This document shows positions 1 through 12,482 of a stretch of DNA of 50,899 bases, piece after piece. The position numbers were made by a program, and so were the translations under genes. This DNA comes from Halocafeteria seosinensis (lineage: Eukaryota). Position 1 is the stretch's first letter; every line of letters starts with the position of its first letter. The stretch is from the NCBI GenBank assembly GCA_001687465.1, contig LVLI01000638.1, positions 1-50,899 of the forward strand, read 5' to 3'. Under the pieces are notes generated by a model. That model saw only the letters and a program-made list of their open reading frames with translations. It searched no databases and had not been told where the DNA came from.

Positions 1-125
1 CCACNGGACTGCTATGTATGCTATGCATAGTGGGAGAGCGGGCCNAACTCATACCTTAGAGTGTTGATCCCAGCCTCAACTTCAACTTGTCTTCAAGCAT
101 AAGGAGCCTTGCCTGATGTTCCATT

Positions 126-1619
126 CTAATTAAATATGACATAGTCTCTAAACTCTTTCAAACTATGCTTCTGTACAAAATTACTTAACATTGCTTCAAA
201 ACTTCCACCAGTTCTATCCAAAGCAATACACTGCGGGGATAGAAATGGGGGTTGCTGGAAGATACAGCAACCACAGCAAACGCAGTGTACTCACTGTTAT
301 GAAGGGCCATGTCGCTTCATCCATAGATTTTATTGGGACGGTTTCCTTCGTCTTGGCATTATGGTAATTCGTCTCAATTTTTTTCTCATTTATATCGTAG
401 AACGCCGTCACCTTTCTGAAATCCGCACAAACACTGAGTTTCTAAATAGGGCCTCGACGATAGCAAAGTAACTTACCGACGAGACCTTGGAGTTAACGCA
501 TTGAAGAGGCGCTTCGCATCTCGGCCAGCAGACCATACGGAGAACTTGTCCCATTGGTCCAGTACGTGTCGTTCGAGAAACAAGGCACGCATACGGAGTA
601 GCACACTACGCTCAATCTTGAAGGACTCGGACGAAGCACTGTATCGATAGGAAACCAGTGGTTTGTCGACACGCATCAAGGCGCCACCGCTAAACACATG
701 CCTCAGAAAAAATATCAAATCTTCCGGAACCGGTTCAAATGGTTTTCTTGTAATCTCGCCGACGTCGTCACCGTATAGTGATTCATTCTCACTCTGGACC
801 GATCGAGCCGAACCATTGACGAATGGATCGTAAGGCGTCAGCTTCGTTCCGGTCTCAGCTACATGCCAGGCTTCTTCTATGTTCTCGGTATATCTCCCAA
901 CGTTTGTAAAAATCCGACAATGGAAGAACCAGGTAGGTTGAACGATAGTGCAATCACGGAAGCAATGCGCAGTCAGTTCCTGCTTTGTCATACCGTTCGC
1001 CCAGTTTGCGTACCTAGAGGTGGCATCCACGGGTACGCGCTCAAACTGGCTTCCAATAAGAAGTAATTCCTCTCGGTGTTGCAGTGCCACTTTCCTGCAA
1101 ATACAAAATATGCTTCAGAACTTTATCTGTACTACCGGTTAACTCCTGATCGCGCTCGTTGACCACGTACAACTGTAGCTCTATTCGTGACGGAGCCATC
1201 AAGTCATCGGCATCTAGAATGCACATGTATTCACCTGTAGAATTGTAAATGGCACAGTTCCTTCCAAATCCGGGACCACGTGGAGTGTCGCCGCAGGTCC
1301 AAGACAACCGCAGCGAGAGTTTCCCGCTGTTGGACCTCACAGCGTCCCACCAGCGCGCAGTGATTTCCTGTGTATCGTCAGTCGAGCAGTCGTCGTGGAG
1401 ACAGATTTCGATCCCTCCGCACATGGGCGACTCGAGGAAGGTTTGTTGCCTAATGGAGTTCAGACAATCGGCAAGGAAAGGCCGTGCATTATGAGCGGTG
1501 ATAATGACCGACACCTTCACAAGTTCAGTGGCATGTTCGCCATCACTGCATTGACTGGCTGTTTCCGTGCAGTTGCCTGCCACAGACGACAATGTGCACT
1601 TCCTACTATTGGCCTCCAT
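126..1619 (-). CDS. B3GNTL1: GT2 glycosyltransferase, B3GNTL1/QTGAL (queuosine-tRNA galactosyltransferase) orthologue; 4 exons
   Basis: Motifs VSVIITAHNA, HDDCSTD, CILDADD, TSRYANWAN, QPTWFF, VPEDLIFF, WSAGRDAKRLF and TAFYDINEKKI follow the B3GNTL1 order. The last exon (126-230, after intron 231-294) gives CIALDRTGGSFEAML...DYVIFN*, matching the B3GNTL1 C-terminus. Confidence 0.88.
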
Positions 1620-2498
1620 CGCATCGTTTCAGTTCATGCAGGCTCAATCAATCCCGGGAACCGTATGTCGTGGTTCGTCGAGCTTCCTACCTGTCAATCA
1701 AATGTGGTAGTCATTTTATGCTCTCCATTCACCAGTATAGCCTCCCGCAGGAGTGTGAGCAAGTCCCTCTGGACGAACGTGATCACAGTCACAGACGCAT
1801 TCCTGTTGCCTGCGAATCGATCATGGCTGACGCAACGTTGTACCGTAGTTGTTGAAGTTGTCCAACGTTGGTATGTCCCACTTAGACAACTCGTGTTGTG
1901 GGGTGCTTTGGGGGAACTTTAGAAGTGCTATACCAGGTATTGAAACTTGGTTTCCTTTGATATATGCTCCCAAGGGATAGTGAAAATGTGAACTCAAAAA
2001 ACTATTCGCATATACCGGTAATATTATAAACACCGTACTGTGACATCCGTCCCCAATGCGGCAATGCCGTGCTGTGTTCAGCGATTTGTAGTGAGATCGA
2101 GCAATCTTTTCGTTGTGTAATCACCACCTCTTCATTTCATCCTGCTGGCTCCCGAGTATCTGTGCAACTAGTCTGCATTGTCCCCCGTCTGCTTCCCTTC
2201 GTCGAACGAATCCAGTATAGCTCTTGTTGGCCACCACCAAAAGCGCACTGCCCCCTTCCCCTGTTACTCCCCTTGTCAATGTTTTTTTTTGTTGTGGGTG
2301 TAGTACCGAGCAATGTTTCCTCCCACTTACCAAATTCACATGGCACGAAACACCCTCTATCAAGCTGTTGGTTCCATCGGGAACTCTCCGAGTCCAATAA
2401 ACTCGCATGCATTGTAAGCATGTTAGTGGCGGTGCTTTGCGCATAGTTGGAGTCAGGTAAAAGTTCGTTAGCTAGTGCCTATTTGACGTTCAAAGAGT

Positions 2499-5400
2499 AT
2501 GGGGGTTCCAGCTTTTTATCGATGGCTTCGCGAAAAGTATCCCCAGATTATACAAAATGTGGTCGAAGAAGATCTCCAACACTGCGAAACGAGTGAAAAG
2601 CGACCTAATGGGACGTACAATGACCCGAACCCTAATGGTATCGACTTTGACCATCTATACTTGGACATGAATGGGTAAGAGGCGCTAGAGCTTCGCAATT
2701 TCTTGCTTCGCTTTCGAGTGATGTATGTATTTTCCATCCTTGTGTGCAGGATTATTCACCCGTGCGTACACCCTGAAGATGTCCCGGCCCCGAAAACGGA
2801 AGAGCAGATGTTCATCAACATTATGAAGTACATTGATCGACTGGTTCATGCCGTGAGACCGAGAAAACTCATCTACATGGCTGTGGATGGAGTTGCTCCG
2901 AGAGCAAAAATGAATCAGCAAAGGTCGAGGCGTTTCAAAGCAGCAAAAGAACTCAAGGATCAAGCGGAAGTCGAAGAACAGCTGAGGCAACAGATGGAGC
3001 GGCAAGGCAAGAATCTACCCCCTAAAGGGGACTCAAGTTTTGATCATAACGTCATTACTCCAGGGACAAGTAAGTCAGCTTGACTGGACAAGCGGTGGTC
3101 TGGCTCTATCGTCATTGATTACTGGAACTGCAGGCTTTATGCATCGCTTGTCGGACTTCCTTCGCTATTACACTCACGAGAGACTTAACAATGACCCATG
3201 TTGGAGCGGTTTGAAGGTCATCATTTCTGATGCGTGCGTTCCCGGTGAAGTAGGTCCTTTTGTTGTCTATGGGTCGAGTTAAATTGTTTAATGGGGTTCT
3301 GAACTGTTGTACAGGGTGAGCATAAAATCATGGAATTTGTTCGGCTGCAACGTGCGCAACCAGATTACGATCACAATGTGAGACATATTTTACATGGTCT
3401 AGACGCGGATCTCATCATGCTCGGTACGTATTGACGTTCATTTTTAACTGTGTTTGTAAGGATCAATCCAAACCATGAATCTGCAAGCAGGTCTTGCTAC
3501 TCACGAAGCTCACTTTACTATTCTTCGGGAAGAAGTTTTTCAACCCAAAGGGAAAAAGAATCAGCAATCAGCGCAGCAAATAGTACGCGATTCGGATAAA
3601 GACACTATTCCAATGAAGCCATTACAATTCCTGCATATCAACGTGCTAAGAGAATATTTGGATGCTGAATTTAGCAAGATCCGCAGTAAACTTCCATTTG
3701 AGTATGATCTGGAAAGAATTATCGATGATTTCGTGTTTATGGTAAGTTGGACTGCCTCATTGGTTGATCGTACATCCGTATCTACTAGTCTGTGCCGTGC
3801 AGTGCTTTTTCGTCGGCAATGACTTTCTTCCTCATTTACCCTCCCTTGATATTCGAGAGGGAGCCATTGATCTTCTTATAGCCATCTACAAAGAACTCCT
3901 ACCAAGCATGGGAGGTTACATGACCAAAGATGGGGACGTTAATTTGGGTCGCGTGGATATTTTCTTGGGGAGAATAGCTGTTATTGAAGATGAAATATTC
4001 AAGCGCCGCCAGCAGAAGCAGGAAAATGATGATGCGTTTCATAGGAGAAAGAGAATGCAGCAAGCGCACCAAGAAAAAAACACAGACAACGCTGCTGCCA
4101 GCAGTCCCACGAACAATACCCCTCAAGCAGCTGACCCTGAGAGCAACCGCAACGCTGCTGCAAACTTGAAAGCTTCGCTCAAACAGTCAAAAAAGCGTCA
4201 GAGTGAAACCCCGATCGAACAAGACCACAGCACGAAGACTGCTAAGACAGAAGAAGATAACGCAAGCAATGCTGATACGGTGGAAAATGGAAGCCATTCT
4301 TCGGAATCAGATGAGGAAGCCTCCTCGATTGGTTCTCCTGAAATTACTGATGCTGAACGCGATGAGTTCCAGGAGACCTTGAAAAATGAACTAAAAAAGC
4401 GTTCCATCGTAGAAGACGTTGAGGACAATGTTCTGTTGGGCACACCTGGTTGGAGAGACCGGTACTACGAGGAAAAATTCGGCAAGGAGAAAGGAAGTGA
4501 CCCGGAGTTCCGAAAGGAGATAGCTCGAGCGTATGTTGAGGGATTACAGTGGGTGTTCCGCTATTATTACTCCGGTGTGGCATGCTGGAAGTGGTATTAT
4601 CCTTACCACTACGCTCCGTTTGCCGCTGATCTGCGCCATGTTCAACAATTCAAGGCGAACTTTGAAGAGAAAACTGCTCCATTCACCCCTCTCCAGCAGT
4701 TGATGGGGGTGCTGCCTCCTTATTCTGCTCATGCGGTTCCTGAGGCCTGCCAATGGTTAATGACGTCCCCAGATAGCCCCATAATTGATTTCTACCCGGA
4801 GGATATCAAACTTGATCCCAATGGTAAAAAGATGACGTGGCAATGGGTCGTACTTCTTCCCTTCATTGATGAAGATCGTCTAACGAAGCATTTGAACGAA
4901 GTTGAGCACACGTTCACACAGGAGGAGAAGGAGCGGAACAAACTCGGTTTGGACAAGCTGCTTGTTCGGAAAGATCACCCAGTAGGTCGCAGGTTGCAGC
5001 ATCTTTATGACAGTACGGAAGAGCAGGTAGCTCTCGAACCAGATATCGAGGATGGGAAAGGACTAAGTGGCAAAGCTATGAAGTCGGAATTTCATGTCAC
5101 ACTTGGGGGAACTGTCTCTTCTCCAGCCTCTGATAGGTTGAAGCGAATACCAAACAACGAGGTGATCACGGCAGTCTACCACAACCCACCTTATCACAGG
5201 CATGTGTGTCGGCTGTTACAGAACGCCCGTCTACCACCGCCTAAGTTAGATGAATTAGAGCGAAACTCAAATAAGATACCACGATTGAATAAAGGCATGA
5301 ACGTGATGGATCTTGTCCAGTCTGCTGTGGCTGGCAGAATGATGCCCAACAACCAGCGGGCAAATCGTGGCAACCAAAATACAGGGTACGGTGGGCATCA

Positions 5401-5917
5401 CATGTCGCACCATGTCCAAGGACAGTTTCAGCGATACGTACCCGAGCAAGCGTTGATGGGGGGACGCATGCCACCACCACCCGCAGCAGCTCAAGCTTAT
5501 GGACTACAGCAACCTGCAGCTGGGTACCCACATCCAATGGCTCAACAGTATCAAGCGGCATATGGCCAGCAACCGCACCCTATGGCACAGCCGTATCAAG
5601 CAGCACATGGTCAGCATCCCCATCCTATGGCGCAGCAGTATCAGGCAGCACGTGGTCAGCAGCCGGGTGCCGTCATGCCACCTCAACAGATGTACCCGGG
5701 GTACAATCCGCCCGTGTACCCCGGATCTGGATATGGGCCACCTCCAAGAGGTACTCCTCCAATGACTCCGTACGATTCGACGCCGAGAGGTTATCTGCCG
5801 AATCAGGGACAAGCACCTCGGATGCCAGGAGGGCAGCAGAGCATGGGGCCAAATACAGCTACTGGTCCGCCAAGCGGAAGGGGAGGTCGTGGCGGGCAAA
5901 CTCGCCATAGAGGATAG
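2499..5917 (+). CDS. XRN2: 5'-3' exoribonuclease, XRN2/Rat1 type; 6 exons
   Basis: Starts [15 protein letters not shown]. Contains [57 protein letters not shown] and [11 protein letters not shown]. Five GT-AG introns join in frame. Short low-complexity C-tail without XRN1-specific domains. Confidence 0.93.
5528..5662 (+). repeat. Three tandem 45-nt coding repeats ([15 protein letters not shown]) in the XRN2 tail
   Basis: [15 protein letters not shown] / [15 protein letters not shown] / [15 protein letters not shown] read directly from the ORF. Confidence 0.9.
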
Positions 5918-5973
5918 ACATCCACTGCCTGAATATACAAGTCACACCTCGTATCAGTATGTACGTGCCAGTG

Positions 5974-6777
5974 TCAAACTGAAGCGGTAAACTTGTACGC
6001 GATAGCCAATCTCTGATAATAGTAGCAATGCTGCCGGAGACGCGCACAGCGTTGTCGAGTTCTGATCAACTTCTCCCGGCATTCTTTGCATATCTCATCT
6101 GCAGTGAGCTCTCCAGTATAATTGCTGCTGTCGTTATGAGAATTACACGAATCACACAGAATATCATCATTTCGATGCTCTGAAAGCCAGTTCTTCGAAG
6201 ACTTCTGGAGTTCAGAAATTTGTGTGGTGAGCTGCTGTGCATACTCCTCTCCCGTTTGGTCTTCCACACGATCGAAGAGTACACTCAACCTCCCCAACCA
6301 TTTATCGAGGAATTCTGCAAAGCCACGCCATCGTTGTAGAGGAGAGGAGGCTCTCCCTGTAGCCGTGCTGCTGAGACTTGCTCTTCTCACGAACTCATCC
6401 TCAATGTTGGCGGATCCTCTGTCTTTTCCTCCAATGGCGACGGCAAGCGCACTGTCCACTTCCCGAAGATCGTCTTCACTGGAATCACCTCCGTGACCTT
6501 GTCCTCCATGGGAGAGGTAGGAATCGGCATCGATTCCCTCAACGTCGAAACTGTAGGACGTGGAACTCCTTCGCCGAGAGTCCATCGACGACTCCCGTCG
6601 CTCCCTCGATGGCGAATACTGTTCCTCTACTGGAACTGCATCCACCCAAAAATCGGTCAGTGTGGCGGGAGGAAGAGGAAGGGGAGGCAACGTATTCTCA
6701 GTGGAGCGCCCGTAGCCCCTGGTATCTCGGTCATGCTCGAAAGGGAGAAAGGCCGTCGTGACGGTCAACGTCTGCAT
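5974..6777 (-). CDS. Hypothetical protein (267 aa), Ser-rich linker, C-terminal CxxC...CxxC
   Basis: Uninterrupted ORF filling the gap between XRN2 and EB1; CDSC and CKEC pairs; no family recognised. Confidence 0.6.
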   Translation of the reverse strand: MQTLTVTTAFLPFEHDRDTRGYGRSTENTLPPLPLPPATLTDFWVDAVPVEEQYSPSRERRESSMDSRRRSSTSYSFDVEGIDADSYLSHGGQGHGGDSSEDDLREVDSALAVAIGGKDRGSANIEDEFVRRASLSSTATGRASSPLQRWRGFAEFLDKWLGRLSVLFDRVEDQTGEEYAQQLTTQISELQKSSKNWLSEHRNDDILCDSCNSHNDSSNYTGELTADEICKECREKLIRTRQRCARLRQHCYYYQRLAIAYKFTASV

Positions 6778-7045
6778 TTTTCATCTAACAAGATTTACAG
6801 TAACCTTGAGACTAATGTGCTCAAGGAGTTAACTAGAGAATGTTCAACAACACAAATGGGAATTCTTTGTCAATACATTAGTTTATGGAGTGATTATTCT
6901 TACCACGCTGTAGAGTTAACGACGCTGGTGCGGGAGCGAATCGAGATTCAACACCCCATTTACTTATTATTAGCTATTGACCACCAGAGGTGGTGATAAA
7001 TTGCAAAATGGTACCTTCCCTCCGTAGCTGGTTCCTGGACGAACA

Positions 7046-8364
7046 CTATGTGGCTTCTGCGGCATCCGTTCCATCATTAACAATTTCATTCCCATGCTGC
7101 AGACGATTAGAATACGAAATGGTGTAAAAACGTAGGTAGTAATTCATCGGATTCTTGCGTACCTCATCCACCTGAACAAAGTCCTCTTCCGTTGCGTAGA
7201 GTATCTTGAGTATATTATTGGCCATGTCTTGATCCGGTCCTTCGTAAGTTTGTAGAAGGATCTCAACATCTCTCAATTTGCCAAAGTAAAAGTCTCTTTC
7301 CCGTTCTAGTCCGCTTACAGACAGTTGTAAACTCTCAATTTGATCATTCAATTCTTTGATCTTGCCTTCAGAACCTGCGAAAGAATCGCCAAGTAGAACA
7401 ATGCTTAATAGGGATTGGGCGATATCATCACCCACCTGTCGATGAGGAACGATGGGGTACCGGGGCAGATCTCCTCGCTGGTGGATTGCTTGTGTTGCTC
7501 TCAGCTGTTGAACTTGGGGCATGAGAGCTAGATGCCTTCTTCGGCGAGTGCTTTGGGACCCGACTCCTGCTGCTGCCACTCGCAGGCTTGCTTGTCTCCT
7601 TTCTGGGCTGAGCAATTGCCGCCGTATCACTTCCTGTTCAACAGATTTTTCATCTCGGTATGAGTTGCACGCAAAACTAGTGGATTCTCACCAGAAATGC
7701 ATTCACTGCGTACCTTTGCCCTTCTTTCTCCGTTCCACGGGGTCATAGTCTCCCGGTTCACCCTTGTAATTCAAATCCCAGAACCGTTTAAACCATTGCA
7801 TGAATTCTAAATTATCTTGATATTTGCCTTTAATCAGTCTTTCTACCTCAATATGCTGTAACAGACATGAGTATCAATTTGTAAACAAGGTTAGCGCTGG
7901 ATGACAAAGCTGCTGCAGCACATTACACACTTTCTCGACATTCTTCTTATTGAACGCTGACTGTAGTAACTTGTAGTTTTGAATGTAGTCATATTCCGAT
8001 TTTGCGTCCCATTTCACCTTGTTCATCGGTACCGATCCTGCGCACGCAATCAACAGACGGTTCCAAACGAGATTATTTCTCCTTGTATCTTAGACAGTCT
8101 GGACTTCGGAAGCAATAGGTTACCTGGATAGATCATGTCCATTAACTGGCAAGCTACAGCCCCTGCAGCGGTCATAAAGCGTATAGTACACAGCCAGTTA
8201 TACGCCTGTGTCTTGGAGACAAAATCTGCAGAGCGTCACCTACCTGAAGCTGTTTCCTCTACCTTTGAAATATGGAGCTGAAGGGTATCATTGAGCCAAT
8301 TGATGATTTCCGAGCGCCCTACGAAGAACGCTTGGTCCATCATACCAATGTTACTTCCGGCCAT
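7046..8364 (-). CDS. EB1: Microtubule plus-end binding protein EB1 (RP/EB family); multi-exon
   Basis: CH domain assembled across introns: [69 protein letters not shown] domain [20 protein letters not shown]...[12 protein letters not shown]. Confidence 0.95.
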
Positions 8365-8697
8365 TTTGCCTCCTCCTTGAGCTAAACCTTCACATACACT
8401 CTATAGATACCTCTGGTACTTCAAAATACGGGAGGAACCCTCTGACAAGCTCATAAATCTGCCTTAAAACAACCGTGGCATTTTTGAACTTGAGCCGGGC
8501 CTAACGTCCGGTCCCGGCGCCCGTCCCGGACAAGCCGGAGAGGAACGGCATATCATAGATCATTGGCTTTGTCAGTCCGCAGGGAGTGACTTTCTCTTTT
8601 TCAGAGCTGGTGGATGTTGTTTTTTTTTTTGTACCAGTTTATTTGTTTATTAAGAAGCTCTTGTTTAGTTTCATTGAGATAGGAAAGGAAAGGAATC

Positions 8698-11600
8698 ATG
8701 TCCGAACCTGTGGCCTTAGGAGGGGAAGAAGCTCCCACCTCAGCTCCAGAGAGACCTAGAAGCTTGTATAAGAGGTCAGCTTCCTTTTCCTCTATCACGA
8801 AAGGTAGGTGACCGACCACTCTAAGTGTAATTCCTGGCTCTTCTCCTTAAAACCGGGAACAGCCGAACGTCGAGTGAGAAAAACCATCAGTTTTAGTATC
8901 CTCTTTTCCCCGTATATGTGGTTTTTTGTTGCGCCTGGAAGGAGGCTGTGTTCTTCTCGCTGAATTAATGGGAGCATTTAGCACTCAAGAAGGCCACATG
9001 ATGGAGAAGGAGAGAAGCAAGGCCAAGGGGGCTTCAGTATCTTTGCCACAATGTGACGTGTCGTGTGACACCTTCAAGTTGCAAAGATTCGAACACGGTA
9101 TTATTCCGTATAGACGTTTCCAATATTTTCAAATTTACCGCTGGTTGCAGAAGTGCCGCTTCTTCGAACTAATCCTCCCGTGCACGAAGAAGGTGAACAT
9201 GGCGATGAAGACCGTTTATGGGAACTCATGGCTACCTATTTGGCTTCCGGTACGTAGCCGTTGTATCCGTATCCTCGATACTAATATTTTATTGAGGAGC
9301 AATATTTACACCATGTTGCAGACAAGCATACGATACAACGCCAAATTGCTAATCATGTGGAGTATACTTTGGCGTGCACCCGTTTCAACTTTGACGTTGC
9401 GAAAGCATACCGAGCGGCAGCTCATAGGTAAGAGACCAAACATCCGGAATTGTCTTAATAGGATGAAAACTTCTCTATCACGTTCGGGTTACAGTGTAAG
9501 GGACCGTTTGATCGAAAGCTGGAATGATACTAATCAACACTTTGAGGAAATGGATGTCAAGCGAGCATATTACCTTTCATTGGAGTATTTGATGGGTCGC
9601 TACTTCCAGAATGCGCTGCTGAACATGGACCTTGAAGACAACTACCGTGAAGCATTATCCGACATCGGTTTTCGCTTGGAGGATTTATACGACTGTGAAC
9701 AGGATCCTGCTTTAGGAAACGGTGGTTTGGGACGATTAGCGTCATGTTTTCTCGACTCCTTGGCTTCTCTGGATTACCCCGCGTGGGGTTACGGTATCCG
9801 GTACAATTATGGCATTTTTCGACAAGTAATCAACGAACATGGGGAACAAGCTGAGTTGCCGGATTATTGGTTGACGATGGGGAATCCATGGGAAATTGAG
9901 CGCGTTGATGTTACGTACCCGGTAAGATTCTACGGAAAGAGTAACCCATATATCGACTCCGAAGGCAATGAAAGGAAAGAGTGGACTGGTGGTGAAGTTG
10001 TTATTGCTGTCGCCTGTGATAACCCCATCCCAGGGTACGATACTTACAACACCATAAATTTGAGATTGTGGCGCGCCACGCCTAGCCAGGAGTTCGATTT
10101 GCGAAGTTTCAATGCCGGCGAGTACATGCAGGCTGTGGACCAGCGTCAGCGTGCAGAGAGTATTTCAGCGGTTCTTTATCCATCGGATAGTACCTATAGT
10201 GGAAAGGAGCTGCGGCTCAAGCAGCAGTACTTCTTCGTCTCCGCTACGATGCAAGACGTCATTCGGCGGTTCAAGAAGAAACACACCAATTGGAACGACT
10301 TCCCGAACAAAGTAGCTATCCAGTTGAATGATACGCATCCGGCCATCGGGATTCCGGAACTAATGCGTCTACTGGTAGACAGAGAAGGACTCACTTGGAA
10401 CAAGGCTTGGGAAATTACCCAGAAAACGTTTTCTTACACGAATCACACTATTTTGCCAGAAGCTCTTGAGAAATGGACGGTTGACATGCTTGGACATCTT
10501 TTGCCCCGCCATCTCGAGATCATTTACGACATTAACTGGCATTTCCTGCAAAAAGTTGAAAGCAAATGGCCTGGTGACACGGAAGTCATGAGAGAGCTTT
10601 CTATTGTGGAGGAGGGATTCCAGAAAATGATCCGTATGGCCCATTTGTCCCTCGTAGGCTCTCATACTATCAATGGCGTCGCTGCGATTCACACAGAATT
10701 GGTGAAAAGTCTTGTTTTCCCACGTTTCTATGCTCTGTGGCCAGAAAAATTCCAAAACAAAACAAATGGAGTGACTCCTCGTCGGTGGATTAACCAAGCC
10801 AATCCTGGACTATCTGATCTTGTTACCAAGTATTTGGGAACGAGTGAATGGCTGTTGCATCTTGAAATGCTCTCCGGCCTTCGGCCGCTTGCCGATGATC
10901 CAGATATGCAAGACGAGTGGCGCGAAGTGAAGCGCTCGAACAAGGAACGTCTGGCTACGGTAGTGAAGCAAAACATGGGAATTGATGTCGACGTTAATGC
11001 ACTTTTCGATGTCCAAGTGAAACGGATCCATGAATATAAGCGTCAACTTATGAACTGTCTGTAGTAAGTATCACTTCTTAAGGATGCTAACGAAACAAGG
11101 CCTCCTTTCACGTTCTTCTCTATCGCAGTTGCATTCACCGATACGAATATATCAAGGGTCTACCAGAGGAGGAAAAAGCTAAAGTGCAGCCCCGTGTTAC
11201 ATTCTTCGGTGGAAAAGCGGCTCCTGGATACGACATGGCCAAGCGGATCATTAAACTTATCCATAGCGTAGCGCGTCGCGTAAACAATGACCCTGAAGTA
11301 TCCGACTACTTCAAAGTGGTATTCTTACCAAATTACAATGTTTCTTTGGCGGAAGTGATTATCCCAGCAGCGGATATTTCCCAGCACATTTCCACAGCAG
11401 GTATGGAAGCCAGTGGTACTTCCAATATGAAATTTGCTATGAATGGAAGTCTCATTCTCGGTACTATGGATGGTGCGAACATTGAGATAGCATCCGAAAT
11501 AGACCAGTCGAATATGTTCATTTTTGGAGCCGAAGCTAATGAAGTACCAGAATTACGGCATGCCCTCCGGTTTAAGTCTGCAAAGCACGCTGAGCAATCC

Positions 11601-12023
11601 AAGGAATTTGAAGCCGTGCTCCAAAGCATCAAGGAAGGTAACTACGGTTCCTACGAAGAGAATAAGCCCATCTTGGACTCGTTGAAATGGGAAAACGATT
11701 ACTACCTCCTCCGTCACGATTTTAAGTCTTATATCGAGGCAAATAAGAAAGTCGACGAATGCTACAAGGATCAACACACGTGGACGAAAAAGACGATTCT
11801 AAGTGCTGCAGGAATGGGTAAATTCTCTACCGACCGGACAATTCGTGAATATGCCAGAGATATCTGGAAAATCCAACAGTGCCGCCGTCCGGAACCAGCT
11901 GAGAGTGTTGAAGGAATGGGAGGTCGAGTGAGATCCTTCCCTCAATTCGATCCTAATGAGGTTCATGGCAACACTGCCTCTGTAGGATATACTCAAGAGT
12001 CATCGCTACCGTCATTGCATTAG
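8698..12023 (+). CDS. Glycogen/starch phosphorylase (GT35); multi-exon
   Basis: [72 protein letters not shown] and the PLP-lysine motif [10 protein letters not shown]. The first exon (8698-8803) is inferred. Confidence 0.95.
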
Positions 12024-12482
12024 GAGGGGCTAGCGTAGAAGATGTACCCGTTACAATCCTGCGTTCACTGTTTATCGCTGTAGCTTTCACATCACTCAAT
12101 ACATAGATTGCGTGCTTACTATGTACAAGCTGCAGTACCGAAGCTTTACAGTTCTCGGGAAATCCTGAATTCCTTTCACGCATCTCCATCTCGTTCCAGA
12201 GCGGATGTTTTCTAAGGAAAGTTCCACATTTGTTCTTCTGTTACAAGTACGCCAACTTCCGTCGGTCTGCGTTAGAGTCATCCCAAACGCCGTTTGTGAA
12301 GCAAGGCCCTGAGATGGGGCTTCAATGTGGCTCTCCCGATATGCCAGGTTTCTTCGCAGCGTTGGATTGCCAAGACTGATTGTCAGATGAGTCTTTTCTA
12401 CGCGGAAATGAGATAACTGTTTAGTTCATTGATTGATTATTGAAAATAACGTCATTACTAAGAGTTGAAAGTAACTCACAAT

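Noticed and set aside
8926..9494. N-terminal ~190 aa of the 712-aa ORF as true phosphorylase sequence
   Set aside because: Read-through of introns; the homologous exons ([19 protein letters not shown]) are in other frames
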